This document shows positions 1 to 10,760 of a stretch of DNA of 64,000 nucleotides, one piece after another. The notes below the pieces were generated by a model that did no database searches, was not told the origin of the DNA, and was given only the letters and a program-made list of their open reading frames with translations. How positions within the stretch are numbered: the first letter of the stretch is position 1; each line of letters starts with the position of its first letter. The position numbers were made by a program, and so were the translations under genes. The DNA comes from the human T2T-CHM13v2.0 reference genome, Homo sapiens: assembly GCF_009914755.1 (NCBI RefSeq), contig NC_060934.1; one strand, written 5' to 3'.

Positions 1-111
1 ACACTCGTTTCTTTCTCTTTTTTACTCTCTCTTAATTTTTCATTCAATTTTTATAACATGTAATAAATCTAACTGTAGCGTCTGAGTATTAAGAATATTG
101 CTAGTAATACT

Positions 112-402
112 TCACCTGTAATCCCAGCACTTTGGGAGGCTAAGGCAGGCGGATCACTTGAGGCCCAGGAGTTTAAGACCAGCCGGCCAATATGGCGAAA
201 CCCTATCTGCACTACAAATACAAAAATTAGCTGGGCATGGTGTCGCACACCTGTAATCCCAGCTACTTGGGAGGCTGAGGCACAAGAATTGCTTGAGCCT
301 GTGAGATGGAGGTTGCAGTGAGCCGAGATCACACCAGTGCACGTGCACTTCAGCCTGGGCAACAGAGCAAGACTCTGTCTTAAAAAAAAAAAAAAAAAAA
401 AA
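112..402 (+). mobile_element. Alu (AluS-like, 5'-truncated)
   Basis: CACCTGTAATCCCAGCACTTTGGGAGG dimer with A tail; TAGTAATACTT on both flanks (102-112 and 503-513). Confidence 0.93.
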
Positions 403-446
<44 letters not shown>

Positions 447-490
447 TTACTACCAATATACATACATATATGTATGTATGTATGTATGTA
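403..490. repeat. compound (CA)n plus (TATG)n microsatellite
   Basis: ~19 CA units, then TATG units at 469-490. Confidence 0.95.
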
Positions 491-607
491 TATTGGTAGT
501 AATAGTAATACTTGGGCCCCTGCACGTTTTAAGTGAAAATAGATCTAATATTAAATGTCTTTAGCCCTTAAATTTTTTTTAAGTGTTCAGAAGTTTCCCT
601 TTAAAAA

Positions 608-1017
608 AATTTTTAATATATAATAATTGTACATATTTATGGGATACAGAGTGATATTTTCATGTATGCAGTGTGTGATGATCAAATCAGGATAATTAGC
701 ATATGGATCACCTCAAACATTTGTCATTTCTTTGTGTTAGGAACATTCAAAATTCTGTCTTCTAGCTATTTGAAAATATACAGTAAATTATTGTTGACTA
801 GTTACAGTTCTATAGAACACTATAATTTATTCCTCCTGTGTGTAATTTTTTATCTTTTAACCAACATCTCCCTATCCTCCCCTCCCACTCCCTTTCCCGG
901 CCTCTAATAACCACACTCTTATGAGCTCAACTTTTTTAGCTTCCATATATGAGTGAGAACATACGGTATTTATCTTTCTGTACCTGACTTATTTTACTTA
1001 ACATCATGTCCTCCGGG
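608..1017 (-). mobile_element. L1MA-type LINE-1 3' end
   Basis: AATTGTACATATTTATGGGATACA...GTGAGAACATACGGTATTTATCTTTCTG resembles the antisense L1MA 3' UTR. Confidence 0.8.
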
Positions 1018-1184
1018 CTAGACATTCTCTTTAGAATCCACAGGTTTCCTTTCTTTTCTCTAAATCTGCATTTTGCTCAGCCATTAACTTTTAAAATGTC
1101 TTTTTCCCTTTAGTTTTATTGTTTTCTATTTTAATATTGCAAGATGTTTTATATTTGTGATTACAAATAAAAACTCCATTATTA

Positions 1185-1800
1185 GTAAACAAATACAATG
1201 TCATATAGTAGTAAGTGCTATAAAAAATAGACAGGATAGAAAGTAATCTTGGTTTGTATGTTTTTTGTTTTTTAGCAAAGATGATTAGAGAAGGCCCAAC
1301 CAAGCAGATAACATTTAAGCAGAGGCCTAAATCATATAAGTGAGTTATACAAATATCTGGGAAAAGAGTTAAGAGTACAGATGCAAAAGCCCTTAGACAA
1401 GAGAATGAGCTTGGTATATCTGAAGAGTGGATAAGTCATTTTGACTGAAACAGAGTGGACAAGAAAACCAGTCCAAGTGTAAAGACACTAGTGTGTGTTC
1501 AGCATAGGAAGGATGTAATCTGAATTTTGTGTTTAATATTCCCTGTGTTCATGCTTTCAAAATACAGATGAGTGAGGAAAGTAGGGAGAAGGGGTAATAA
1601 AGGAAGCTGAGAGATCAGTTAAGAGGTACTTGAATAGTTTAGTAAAGATGAGAGAAGATGTTTGCTTCTTGTTGCCCCTCACTGCTTAGAATAGTGGCAG
1701 TGAAGGGTAACAAGAAGCTGTCAGATTAACTTAAAGAGTTTACTGATGCAGTGGATGTTGGTTGTAAGAGAAGAATTGATAATGACTCTTGGATAATAGG
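1185..1800 (-). mobile_element. L2 fragment
   Basis: AAGTGCTATAAAAAA...GAGAAGGCCC...ACATTTAAGCAGAGGCCTAAA resembles antisense L2. Confidence 0.55.
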
Positions 1801-1849
1801 GGAGGGAGGGGCTGTCAATATAATATAATGAAGAAGGGATTTGAAGTCA

Positions 1850-2010
1850 TTTCTGATTTAAATCTCACATCCACTACCTACTTTTAATAGATATGTAGCC
1901 TTTAACAAGTTCCCTAACCTTTCTGGGCCTTAGCTACCTCCCCTTGGAAATGGAAATACCTAACATGTAAGGTTGTTTTGACAGTTATTTTCACTAGGCA
2001 TGTAAAGGCA
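1850..2010 (+). mobile_element. MIR
   Basis: degenerate MIR core AACAAGTTCCCTAACCTTTCTGGGCCTTAG...AAATGGAAATA. Confidence 0.6.
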
Positions 2011-2161
2011 CTTGACTCTCTGTTATAGACCACTGTATTATGTTAATGTCCCTCTCCTTCCTCCCTTTAGGTAAAGTTTTTAGGGCTAATAAATCCCAAA
2101 TATCAATGTTGATCAGTAGTTTGTGTTTGTGTAGTGTTGTTTATATCAAAAACTACATTGA

Positions 2162-2463
2162 AGCCGGGCACAGTGGTTCACGCCTAAAATCGCAACACTT
2201 TGGGAGGCCAAGGTGGGCCTCCCACCTTGAACTAAGGAGTTTGAGACCAGCCTGGGCAACATGGTGAAATCCCATCTCTACAAAAAATATAAAAGCTAGC
2301 TGGGTGTGGTGGCATGCACCTGTAGTCCTAGCTACTTGGGAGGCTGAGGTTGATCCTGGGAGTTTGAGCCTGCAGTGAGCTGTGAAGATGCCACTGCACT
2401 CTAGTCTGGGTGACAGAGCAAGACCCTGTCTCAAAAACACACACACACACACACACACACACA
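2162..2463 (+). mobile_element. AluJ-like element with (CA)n tail
   Basis: Alu dimer followed by a CA repeat at 2437-2463. Confidence 0.9.
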
Positions 2464-2651
2464 AAGAAATACATTGATTTTTCACATAGGTAGTAAGAGA
2501 AACATTCTTTTTGAACTCAGCTGTTTGTGAATTGAATTTTGTAATTCAAATGCTATATTATGTAAACTATTGATGACTTTCAATCTGCATTTATTTTGTA
2601 TAATTATTTAGTTAATATTTGCCACTTATATTCCTTAAAAAATAAAATTGA

Positions 2652-3031
<380 letters not shown>

Positions 3032-3187
3032 TTAAAAGGCCTCTTAAAGATCATGTTTGTTACAGTGCTTAAAAATTAATATGTTCATCTGCAAAATGGA
3101 ATAAAAAATCTGTTAAAAATATATTTCACTAAATAGTTTAAGATGAGTCATATTTGTGGGTTTTCATTTTAAATTTTCTTTCTCTAG

Positions 3188-3373
<186 letters not shown>

Positions 3374-3408
3374 ATTTTTTTTTATCAAGAGGGATAAAAC
3401 ACCATGAA

Positions 3409-3424
3409 AATAAACTTGAATAAA
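3409..3424 (+). terminator. PTEN: tandem proximal poly(A) signals AATAAA (3409-3414, 3419-3424)
   Basis: two hexamers 10 nt apart followed by a U tract at 3438-3448. Confidence 0.75.
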
Positions 3425-3634
3425 CTGAAAATGGACCTTTTTTTTTTTAATGGCAATAGGACATTGTGTCAGATTACCAGTTATAGGAACAATTCTCTTT
3501 TCCTGACCAATCTTGTTTTACCCTATACATCCACAGGGTTTTGACACTTGTTGTCCAGTTGAAAAAAGGTTGTGTAGCTGTGTCATGTATATACCTTTTT
3601 GTGTCAAAAGGACATTTAAAATTCAATTAGGATT

Positions 3635-3640
3635 AATAAA
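3635..3640 (+). terminator. PTEN: poly(A) signal of the ~0.3 kb 3' UTR isoform
   Basis: AATAAA with upstream UGUA motifs (3573, 3586) and downstream U/GU-rich sequence. Confidence 0.75.
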
Positions 3641-4801
3641 GATGGCACTTTCCCGTTTTATTCCAGTTTTATAAAAAGTGGAGACAGACTGATGTGTATA
3701 CGTAGGAATTTTTTCCTTTTGTGTTCTGTCACCAACTGAAGTGGCTAAAGAGCTTTGTGATATACTGGTTCACATCCTACCCCTTTGCACTTGTGGCAAC
3801 AGATAAGTTTGCAGTTGGCTAAGAGAGGTTTCCGAAGGGTTTTGCTACATTCTAATGCATGTATTCGGGTTAGGGGAATGGAGGGAATGCTCAGAAAGGA
3901 AATAATTTTATGCTGGACTCTGGACCATATACCATCTCCAGCTATTTACACACACCTTTCTTTAGCATGCTACAGTTATTAATCTGGACATTCGAGGAAT
4001 TGGCCGCTGTCACTGCTTGTTGTTTGCGCATTTTTTTTTAAAGCATATTGGTGCTAGAAAAGGCAGCTAAAGGAAGTGAATCTGTATTGGGGTACAGGAA
4101 TGAACCTTCTGCAACATCTTAAGATCCACAAATGAAGGGATATAAAAATAATGTCATAGGTAAGAAACACAGCAACAATGACTTAACCATATAAATGTGG
4201 AGGCTATCAACAAAGAATGGGCTTGAAACATTATAAAAATTGACAATGATTTATTAAATATGTTTTCTCAATTGTAACGACTTCTCCATCTCCTGTGTAA
4301 TCAAGGCCAGTGCTAAAATTCAGATGCTGTTAGTACCTACATCAGTCAACAACTTACACTTATTTTACTAGTTTTCAATCATAATACCTGCTGTGGATGC
4401 TTCATGTGCTGCCTGCAAGCTTCTTTTTTCTCATTAAATATAAAATATTTTGTAATGCTGCACAGAAATTTTCAATTTGAGATTCTACAGTAAGCGTTTT
4501 TTTTCTTTGAAGATTTATGATGCACTTATTCAATAGCTGTCAGCCGTTCCACCCTTTTGACCTTACACATTCTATTACAATGAATTTTGCAGTTTTGCAC
4601 ATTTTTTAAATGTCATTAACTGTTAGGGAATTTTACTTGAATACTGAATACATATAATGTTTATATTAAAAAGGACATTTGTGTTAAAAAGGAAATTAGA
4701 GTTGCAGTAAACTTTCAATGCTGCACACAAAAAAAAGACATTTGATTTTTCAGTAGAAATTGTCCTACATGTGCTTTATTGATTTGCTATTGAAAGAATA
4801 G

Positions 4802-4803
<2 letters not shown>

Positions 4804-4831
<28 letters not shown>
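4804..4831 (+). repeat. poly(T)28 tract in the 3' UTR
   Basis: uninterrupted T run. Confidence 0.97.
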
Positions 4832-4835
<4 letters not shown>

Positions 4836-6654
4836 GTGCAGTGTTGAATCATTTCTTCATAGTGCTCCCCCGAGTTGGGACTAGGGCTTCAATTTCACTT
4901 CTTAAAAAAAATCATCATATATTTGATATGCCCAGACTGCATACGATTTTAAGCGGAGTACAACTACTATTGTAAAGCTAATGTGAAGATATTATTAAAA
5001 AGGTTTTTTTTTCCAGAAATTTGGTGTCTTCAAATTATACCTTCACCTTGACATTTGAATATCCAGCCATTTTGTTTCTTAATGGTATAAAATTCCATTT
5101 TCAATAACTTATTGGTGCTGAAATTGTTCACTAGCTGTGGTCTGACCTAGTTAATTTACAAATACAGATTGAATAGGACCTACTAGAGCAGCATTTATAG
5201 AGTTTGATGGCAAATAGATTAGGCAGAACTTCATCTAAAATATTCTTAGTAAATAATGTTGACACGTTTTCCATACCTTGTCAGTTTCATTCAACAATTT
5301 TTAAATTTTTAACAAAGCTCTTAGGATTTACACATTTATATTTAAACATTGATATATAGAGTATTGATTGATTGCTCATAAGTTAAATTGGTAAAGTTAG
5401 AGACAACTATTCTAACACCTCACCATTGAAATTTATATGCCACCTTGTCTTTCATAAAAGCTGAAAATTGTTACCTAAAATGAAAATCAACTTCATGTTT
5501 TGAAGATAGTTATAAATATTGTTCTTTGTTACAATTTCGGGCACCGCATATTAAAACGTAACTTTATTGTTCCAATATGTAACATGGAGGGCCAGGTCAT
5601 AAATAATGACATTATAATGGGCTTTTGCACTGTTATTATTTTTCCTTTGGAATGTGAAGGTCTGAATGAGGGTTTTGATTTTGAATGTTTCAATGTTTTT
5701 GAGAAGCCTTGCTTACATTTTATGGTGTAGTCATTGGAAATGGAAAAATGGCATTATATATATTATATATATAAATATATATTATACATACTCTCCTTAC
5801 TTTATTTCAGTTACCATCCCCATAGAATTTGACAAGAATTGCTATGACTGAAAGGTTTTCGAGTCCTAATTAAAACTTTATTTATGGCAGTATTCATAAT
5901 TAGCCTGAAATGCATTCTGTAGGTAATCTCTGAGTTTCTGGAATATTTTCTTAGACTTTTTGGATGTGCAGCAGCTTACATGTCTGAAGTTACTTGAAGG
6001 CATCACTTTTAAGAAAGCTTACAGTTGGGCCCTGTACCATCCCAAGTCCTTTGTAGCTCCTCTTGAACATGTTTGCCATACTTTTAAAAGGGTAGTTGAA
6101 TAAATAGCATCACCATTCTTTGCTGTGGCACAGGTTATAAACTTAAGTGGAGTTTACCGGCAGCATCAAATGTTTCAGCTTTAAAAAATAAAAGTAGGGT
6201 ACAAGTTTAATGTTTAGTTCTAGAAATTTTGTGCAATATGTTCATAACGATGGCTGTGGTTGCCACAAAGTGCCTCGTTTACCTTTAAATACTGTTAATG
6301 TGTCATGCATGCAGATGGAAGGGGTGGAACTGTGCACTAAAGTGGGGGCTTTAACTGTAGTATTTGGCAGAGTTGCCTTCTACCTGCCAGTTCAAAAGTT
6401 CAACCTGTTTTCATATAGAATATATATACTAAAAAATTTCAGTCTGTTAAACAGCCTTACTCTGATTCAGCCTCTTCAGATACTCTTGTGCTGTGCAGCA
6501 GTGGCTCTGTGTGTAAATGCTATGCACTGAGGATACACAAAAATACCAATATGATGTGTACAGGATAATGCCTCATCCCAATCAGATGTCCATTTGTTAT
6601 TGTGTTTGTTAACAACCCTTTATCTCTTAGTGTTATAAACTCCACTTAAAACTG

Positions 6655-6690
6655 ATTAAAGTCTCATTCTTGTCATTGTGTGGGTGTTTT
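6655..6690 (+). terminator. PTEN: poly(A) site of the ~3.3 kb 3' UTR isoform
   Basis: ATTAAA 6655-6660, CA at 6674-6675, GU-rich downstream element TTGTGTGGGTGTTTT 6676-6690. Confidence 0.85.
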
Positions 6691-8224
6691 ATTAAATGAG
6701 AGTTTATAATTCAAATTGCTTAAGTCCATTGAAGTTTTAATTAATGGGCAGCCAAATGTGAATACAAAGTTTTCAGTTTTTTTTTTTCCTGCTGTCCTTC
6801 AAAGCCTACTGTTTAAAAAAAAAAAAAAAAAAAAACATGGCCTGAGAGTAGAGTATCTGTCTACTCATGTTTAATTAAGGAAAAACACTTATTTTTAGGG
6901 CTTTAGTCATCACTTCATAAATTGTATAAGCACATTAAATAGCGTTCTAGTCCTGAAAAAGTCCAAGATTCTTAGAAAATTGTGCATATTTTTATTATGA
7001 CAGATGTTTGAAGATAATTCCCCAGAATGGATTTGATACTTTAGATTTCAATTTTGTGGCTTTTGTCTATTATTCTGTACTCTGCCATCAGCATATGGAA
7101 AGCTTCATTTACTCATCATGACTTGTGCCATATAAAAATTGATATTTCGGAATAGTCTAAAGGACTTTTTGTACTTGAATTTAATCATGTTGTTTCTAAT
7201 ATTCTTAAAAGCTTGAAGACTAAAGCATATCCTTTCAACAAAGCATAGTAAGGTAATAAGAAAGTGTAGTTTGTACAAGTGTTAAAAAAATAAAGTAGAC
7301 AATGTTACAGTGGGACTTATTATTTCAAGTTTACATTTTCTCCATGTAATTTTTTAAAAAGTAAATGAAAAAATGTGCAATAATGTAAAATATGAAGTGT
7401 ATGTGTACACACATTTTATTTTTCGGTATCTTGGGTATACGTATGGTTGAAAACTATACTGGAGTCTAAAAGTATTCTAATTTATAAGAAGACATTTTGG
7501 TGATGTTTGAAAAATAGAAATGTGCTAGTTTTGTTTTTATATCATGTCCTTTGTACGTTGTAATATGAGCTGGCTTGGTTCAGTAAATGCCATCACCATT
7601 TCCATTGAGAATTTAAAACTCACCAGTGTTTAATATGCAGGCTTCCAAAGGCTTATGAAAAAAATCAAGACCCTTAAATCTAGTTAATTTGCTGCTAACA
7701 TGAAACTCTTTGGTTCTTTTATTTTTGCCAGATAATTAGACACACATCTAAAGCTTAGTCTTAAATGGCTTAAGTGTAGCTATTGATTAGTGCTGTTGCT
7801 AGTTCAGAAAGAAATGTTTGTGAATGGAAACAAGAATATTCAGTCCAAACTGTTGTAAGGACAGTACCTGAAAACCAGGAAACAGGATAATGGAAAAAGT
7901 CTTTTAAAGATGAAATGTTGGAGCCAACTTTCTTATAGAATTAATTGTATGTGGCTATAGAAAGCCTAATGATTGTTGCTTATTTTTGAGAGCATATTAT
8001 TCTTTTATGACCATAATCTTGCTGTTTTTCCATCTTCCAAAAGATCTTCCTTCTAATATGTATATCAGAATGTGGGTAGCCAGTCAGACAAATTCATATT
8101 GGTTGGTAGCTTTAAAAAGTTTGTAATGTGAAGACAGGAAAGGACAAAATAGTTTGCTTTGGTGGTAGTACTCTGGTTGTTAAGCTAGGTATTTTGAGAC
8201 TACTTCCCCATCACAACAACAATA

Positions 8225-8450
8225 AAATAATCACTCATAATCCTATCACCTGGAGACATAGCCATCGTTAATATGTTAGTGACTATACAATCATGTTTTC
8301 TTCTGTATATCCATGTATATTCTTTAAAAATGAAATTTATACTGTACCTGATCTCAAAGCTTTTTAGCTTAGTATATCTGTCATGAATTTGTAGGATGTT
8401 CCATTGCATCAGAAAACGGACAGTGATTTGATTACTTTCTAATGCCACAG
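8225..8450 (-). mobile_element. ancient L1ME-like fragment within the distal 3' UTR
   Basis: AATCACTCATAATCCTATCACCTGGAGACATAGCCATCGTTAATAT resembles the antisense L1ME 3' end. Confidence 0.5.
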
Positions 8451-9458
8451 ATGCAGATTACATGTAGTTATTGAGAATCCTTTCGAATTCAGTGGCTTAA
8501 TCATGAATGTCTAAATATTGTTGACATTAGGATGATACATGTAAATTAAAGTTACATTTGTTTAGCATAGACAAGCTTAACATTGTAGATGTTTCTCTTC
8601 AAAAATCATCTTAAACATTTGCATTTGGAATTGTGTTAAATAGAATGTGTGAAACACTGTATTAGTAAACTTCATCACCTTTCTACTTCCTTATAGTTTG
8701 AACTTTTCAGTTTTTGTAGTTCCCAAACAGTTGCTCAATTTAGAGCAAATTAATTTAACACCTGCCAAAAAAAGGCTGCTGTTGGCTTATCAGTTGTCTT
8801 TAAATTCAAATGCTCATGTGACTTTTATCACATCAAAAAATATTTCATTAATGATTCACCTTTAGCTCTGAAAATTACCGCGTTTAGTAATTATAGTGGG
8901 CTTATAAAAACATGCAACTCTTTTTGATAGTTATTTGAGAATTTTGGTGAAAAATATTTAGCTGAGGGCAGTATAGAACTTATAAACCAATATATTGATA
9001 TTTTTAAAACATTTTTACATATAAGTAAACTGCCATCTTTGAGCATAACTACATTTAAAAATAAAGCTGCATATTTTTAAATCAAGTGTTTAACAAGAAT
9101 TTATATTTTTTATTTTTTAAAATTAAAAATAATTTATATTTCCTCTGTTGCATGAGGATTCTCATCTGTGCTTATAATGGTTAGAGATTTTATTTGTGTG
9201 GAATGAAGTGAGGCTTGTAGTCATGGTTCTAGTGTTTCAGTTTGCCAAGTCTGTTTACTGCAGTGAAATTCATCAAATGTTTCAGTGTGGTTTTCTGTAG
9301 CCTATCATTTACTGGCTATTTTTTTATGTACACCTTTAGGATTTTCTGCCTACTCTATCCAGTTGTCCAAATGATATCCTACATTTTACAAATGCCCTTT
9401 CAGTTTCTATTTTCTTTTTCCATTAAATTGCCCTCATGTCCTAATGTGCAGTTTGTAA

Positions 9459-9487
9459 GTGTGTGTGTGTGTGTCTGTGTGTGTGTG
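9459..9487 (+). repeat. (GT)n microsatellite in the distal 3' UTR
   Basis: GT repeat with one CT interruption. Confidence 0.95.
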
Positions 9488-9804
9488 AATTTGATTTTCA
9501 AGAGTGCTAGACTTCCAATTTGAGAGATTAAATAATTTAATTCAGGCAAACATTTTTCATTGGAATTTCACAGTTCATTGTAATGAAAATGTTAATCCTG
9601 GATGACCTTTGACATACAGTAATGAATCTTGGATATTAATGAATTTGTTAGTAGCATCTTGATGTGTGTTTTAATGAGTTATTTTCAAAGTTGTGCATTA
9701 AACCAAAGTTGGCATACTGGAAGTGTTTATATCAAGTTCCATTTGGCTACTGATGGACAAAAAATAGAAATGCCTTCCTATGGAGAGTATTTTTCCTTTA
9801 AAAA

Positions 9805-9830
9805 ATTAAAAAGGTTAATTATTTTGACTA
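9805..9830 (+). terminator. PTEN: distal poly(A) signal/site of PTEN
   Basis: ATTAAA 9805-9810, likely cleavage near 9830, U-rich downstream; repeats begin right after. Confidence 0.75.
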
Positions 9831-9844
9831 TTCGGTTTTAAACT

Positions 9845-10020
9845 TTTTATTCAACAAATACCAAGTCCCTGCTGTATATATGGGTTTGGAATACATTAGT
9901 GATCAAAACACACCCTCTATCCCTGCCCTTGAAGAGTTTACACTCCAGTAGAGGAAACAGAATTTACATTAACAATTATAAATTGTGATACATGCTGTGG
10001 AAAGTGAGGTGCATGTGATA
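9845..10020 (-). mobile_element. L2 3' end
   Basis: TTTATTCAACAAATA...CCCTGCCCTTGAAGAGTTTACACTCCAGT. Confidence 0.7.
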
Positions 10021-10029
10021 ATGGTTATC

Positions 10030-10387
10030 AAACATTATGCTCCCCAAAATTTCCATCACCTTGCAGTTGAATGAGGCCTATGTAACTAGTTTATTCTAAT
10101 GTAATACAGAAAGTAGTGTGACACTCCACTTTCTGTAAAGGCAATGAAAAAAATTTACCATCCAGTTTCTCTCTTCCCCTACTGCTGTGATTAAGGATTT
10201 TGCATGTTCTAGATGGTGCAGCTTTGTCAGCCTGGGTCTTGAGTGATACTGGAGCAGAACTCCCTCAAATTGTTCCTTCTGCCACGCTAAACTTGTTAGA
10301 TATTAGCATAAATAAGAAATAAACCATTTAGACTGATACTTTGGGACAATTTTTTATCACAGTGTAAGTTATATCCTGACTAAAACA
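10030..10387 (+). mobile_element. MLT1 (MaLR) solo LTR
   Basis: CCTTGCAGTTGAATGAGGCCTATGTAACTAG...AAGAAATAAACC...CCTGACTAAAACA. Confidence 0.65.
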
Positions 10388-10499
10388 GTGCTTTGGAAAG
10401 ATCAGGGAAGGGTTTCTTGAGCTACAAAAGGGAGTTAAGAATGAAGCAAAATGAAATATGGCATCTTTAAATGACATGATGCAATAAACTCTAAATTGC

Positions 10500-10760
10500 A
10501 AGTTATTCAATAGTTACTGAGCACCAGATATGTGTCAGACACTGTTCTAGATGCTTGGGATACAAGTGGGTGAACAGCAGGACCTTGCCTTCATGGAGCT
10601 TACATTCTAGCAAGGGAAAATAGTCAACATACTATATGTAAGGTAATGCGTGCTATAGCAGAAATGAAAGGTAAGGGAGCTCAGGATTGCTGGGTGGAGA
10701 GATTTCAGTGTTGAATGGTGTAGTCCAGAACAGGCCTCACTGGGAAGGTAAGATTTGAAG
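10500..10760 (-). mobile_element. L2 3' end
   Basis: TTACTGAGCACCAGATATGTGTCAGACACTGTTCTAGATGCTTGGGATACA. Confidence 0.75.

Larger units (their letters stand above)
3414..6565 (+). promoter_or_regulatory. PTEN: cluster of miRNA seed matches in the PTEN 3' UTR
   Basis: miR-26 ACTTGAA 3414, TACTTGAA 4634 and 5991; miR-17/20 GCACTTT 3645; miR-19 TTTGCAC 3784, 4594, 5624; miR-29 TGGTGCT 4049, 5113; miR-22 GGCAGCTA 4062; miR-486 GTACAGGA 4092, 6558; miR-205 ATGAAGG 4132; miR-103/107 ATGCTGCA 4455, 4718; miR-25/92 GTGCAATA 6231; miR-148/152 TGCACTGA 6523. Confidence 0.8.
3374..9830 (+). other. PTEN: PTEN 3' UTR (long isoform, ~6.46 kb)
   Basis: follows the TGA; unique AU-rich sequence dense in miRNA seed matches; ATTAAA at 9805-9810 then U-rich sequence; agrees with the known long PTEN 3' UTR. 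Confidence 0.88.

Noticed and set aside
3785-9841. Small ORFs within the PTEN 3' UTR
   Set aside because: Low-complexity peptides, often with non-ATG starts, no recognisable homology; expected by chance
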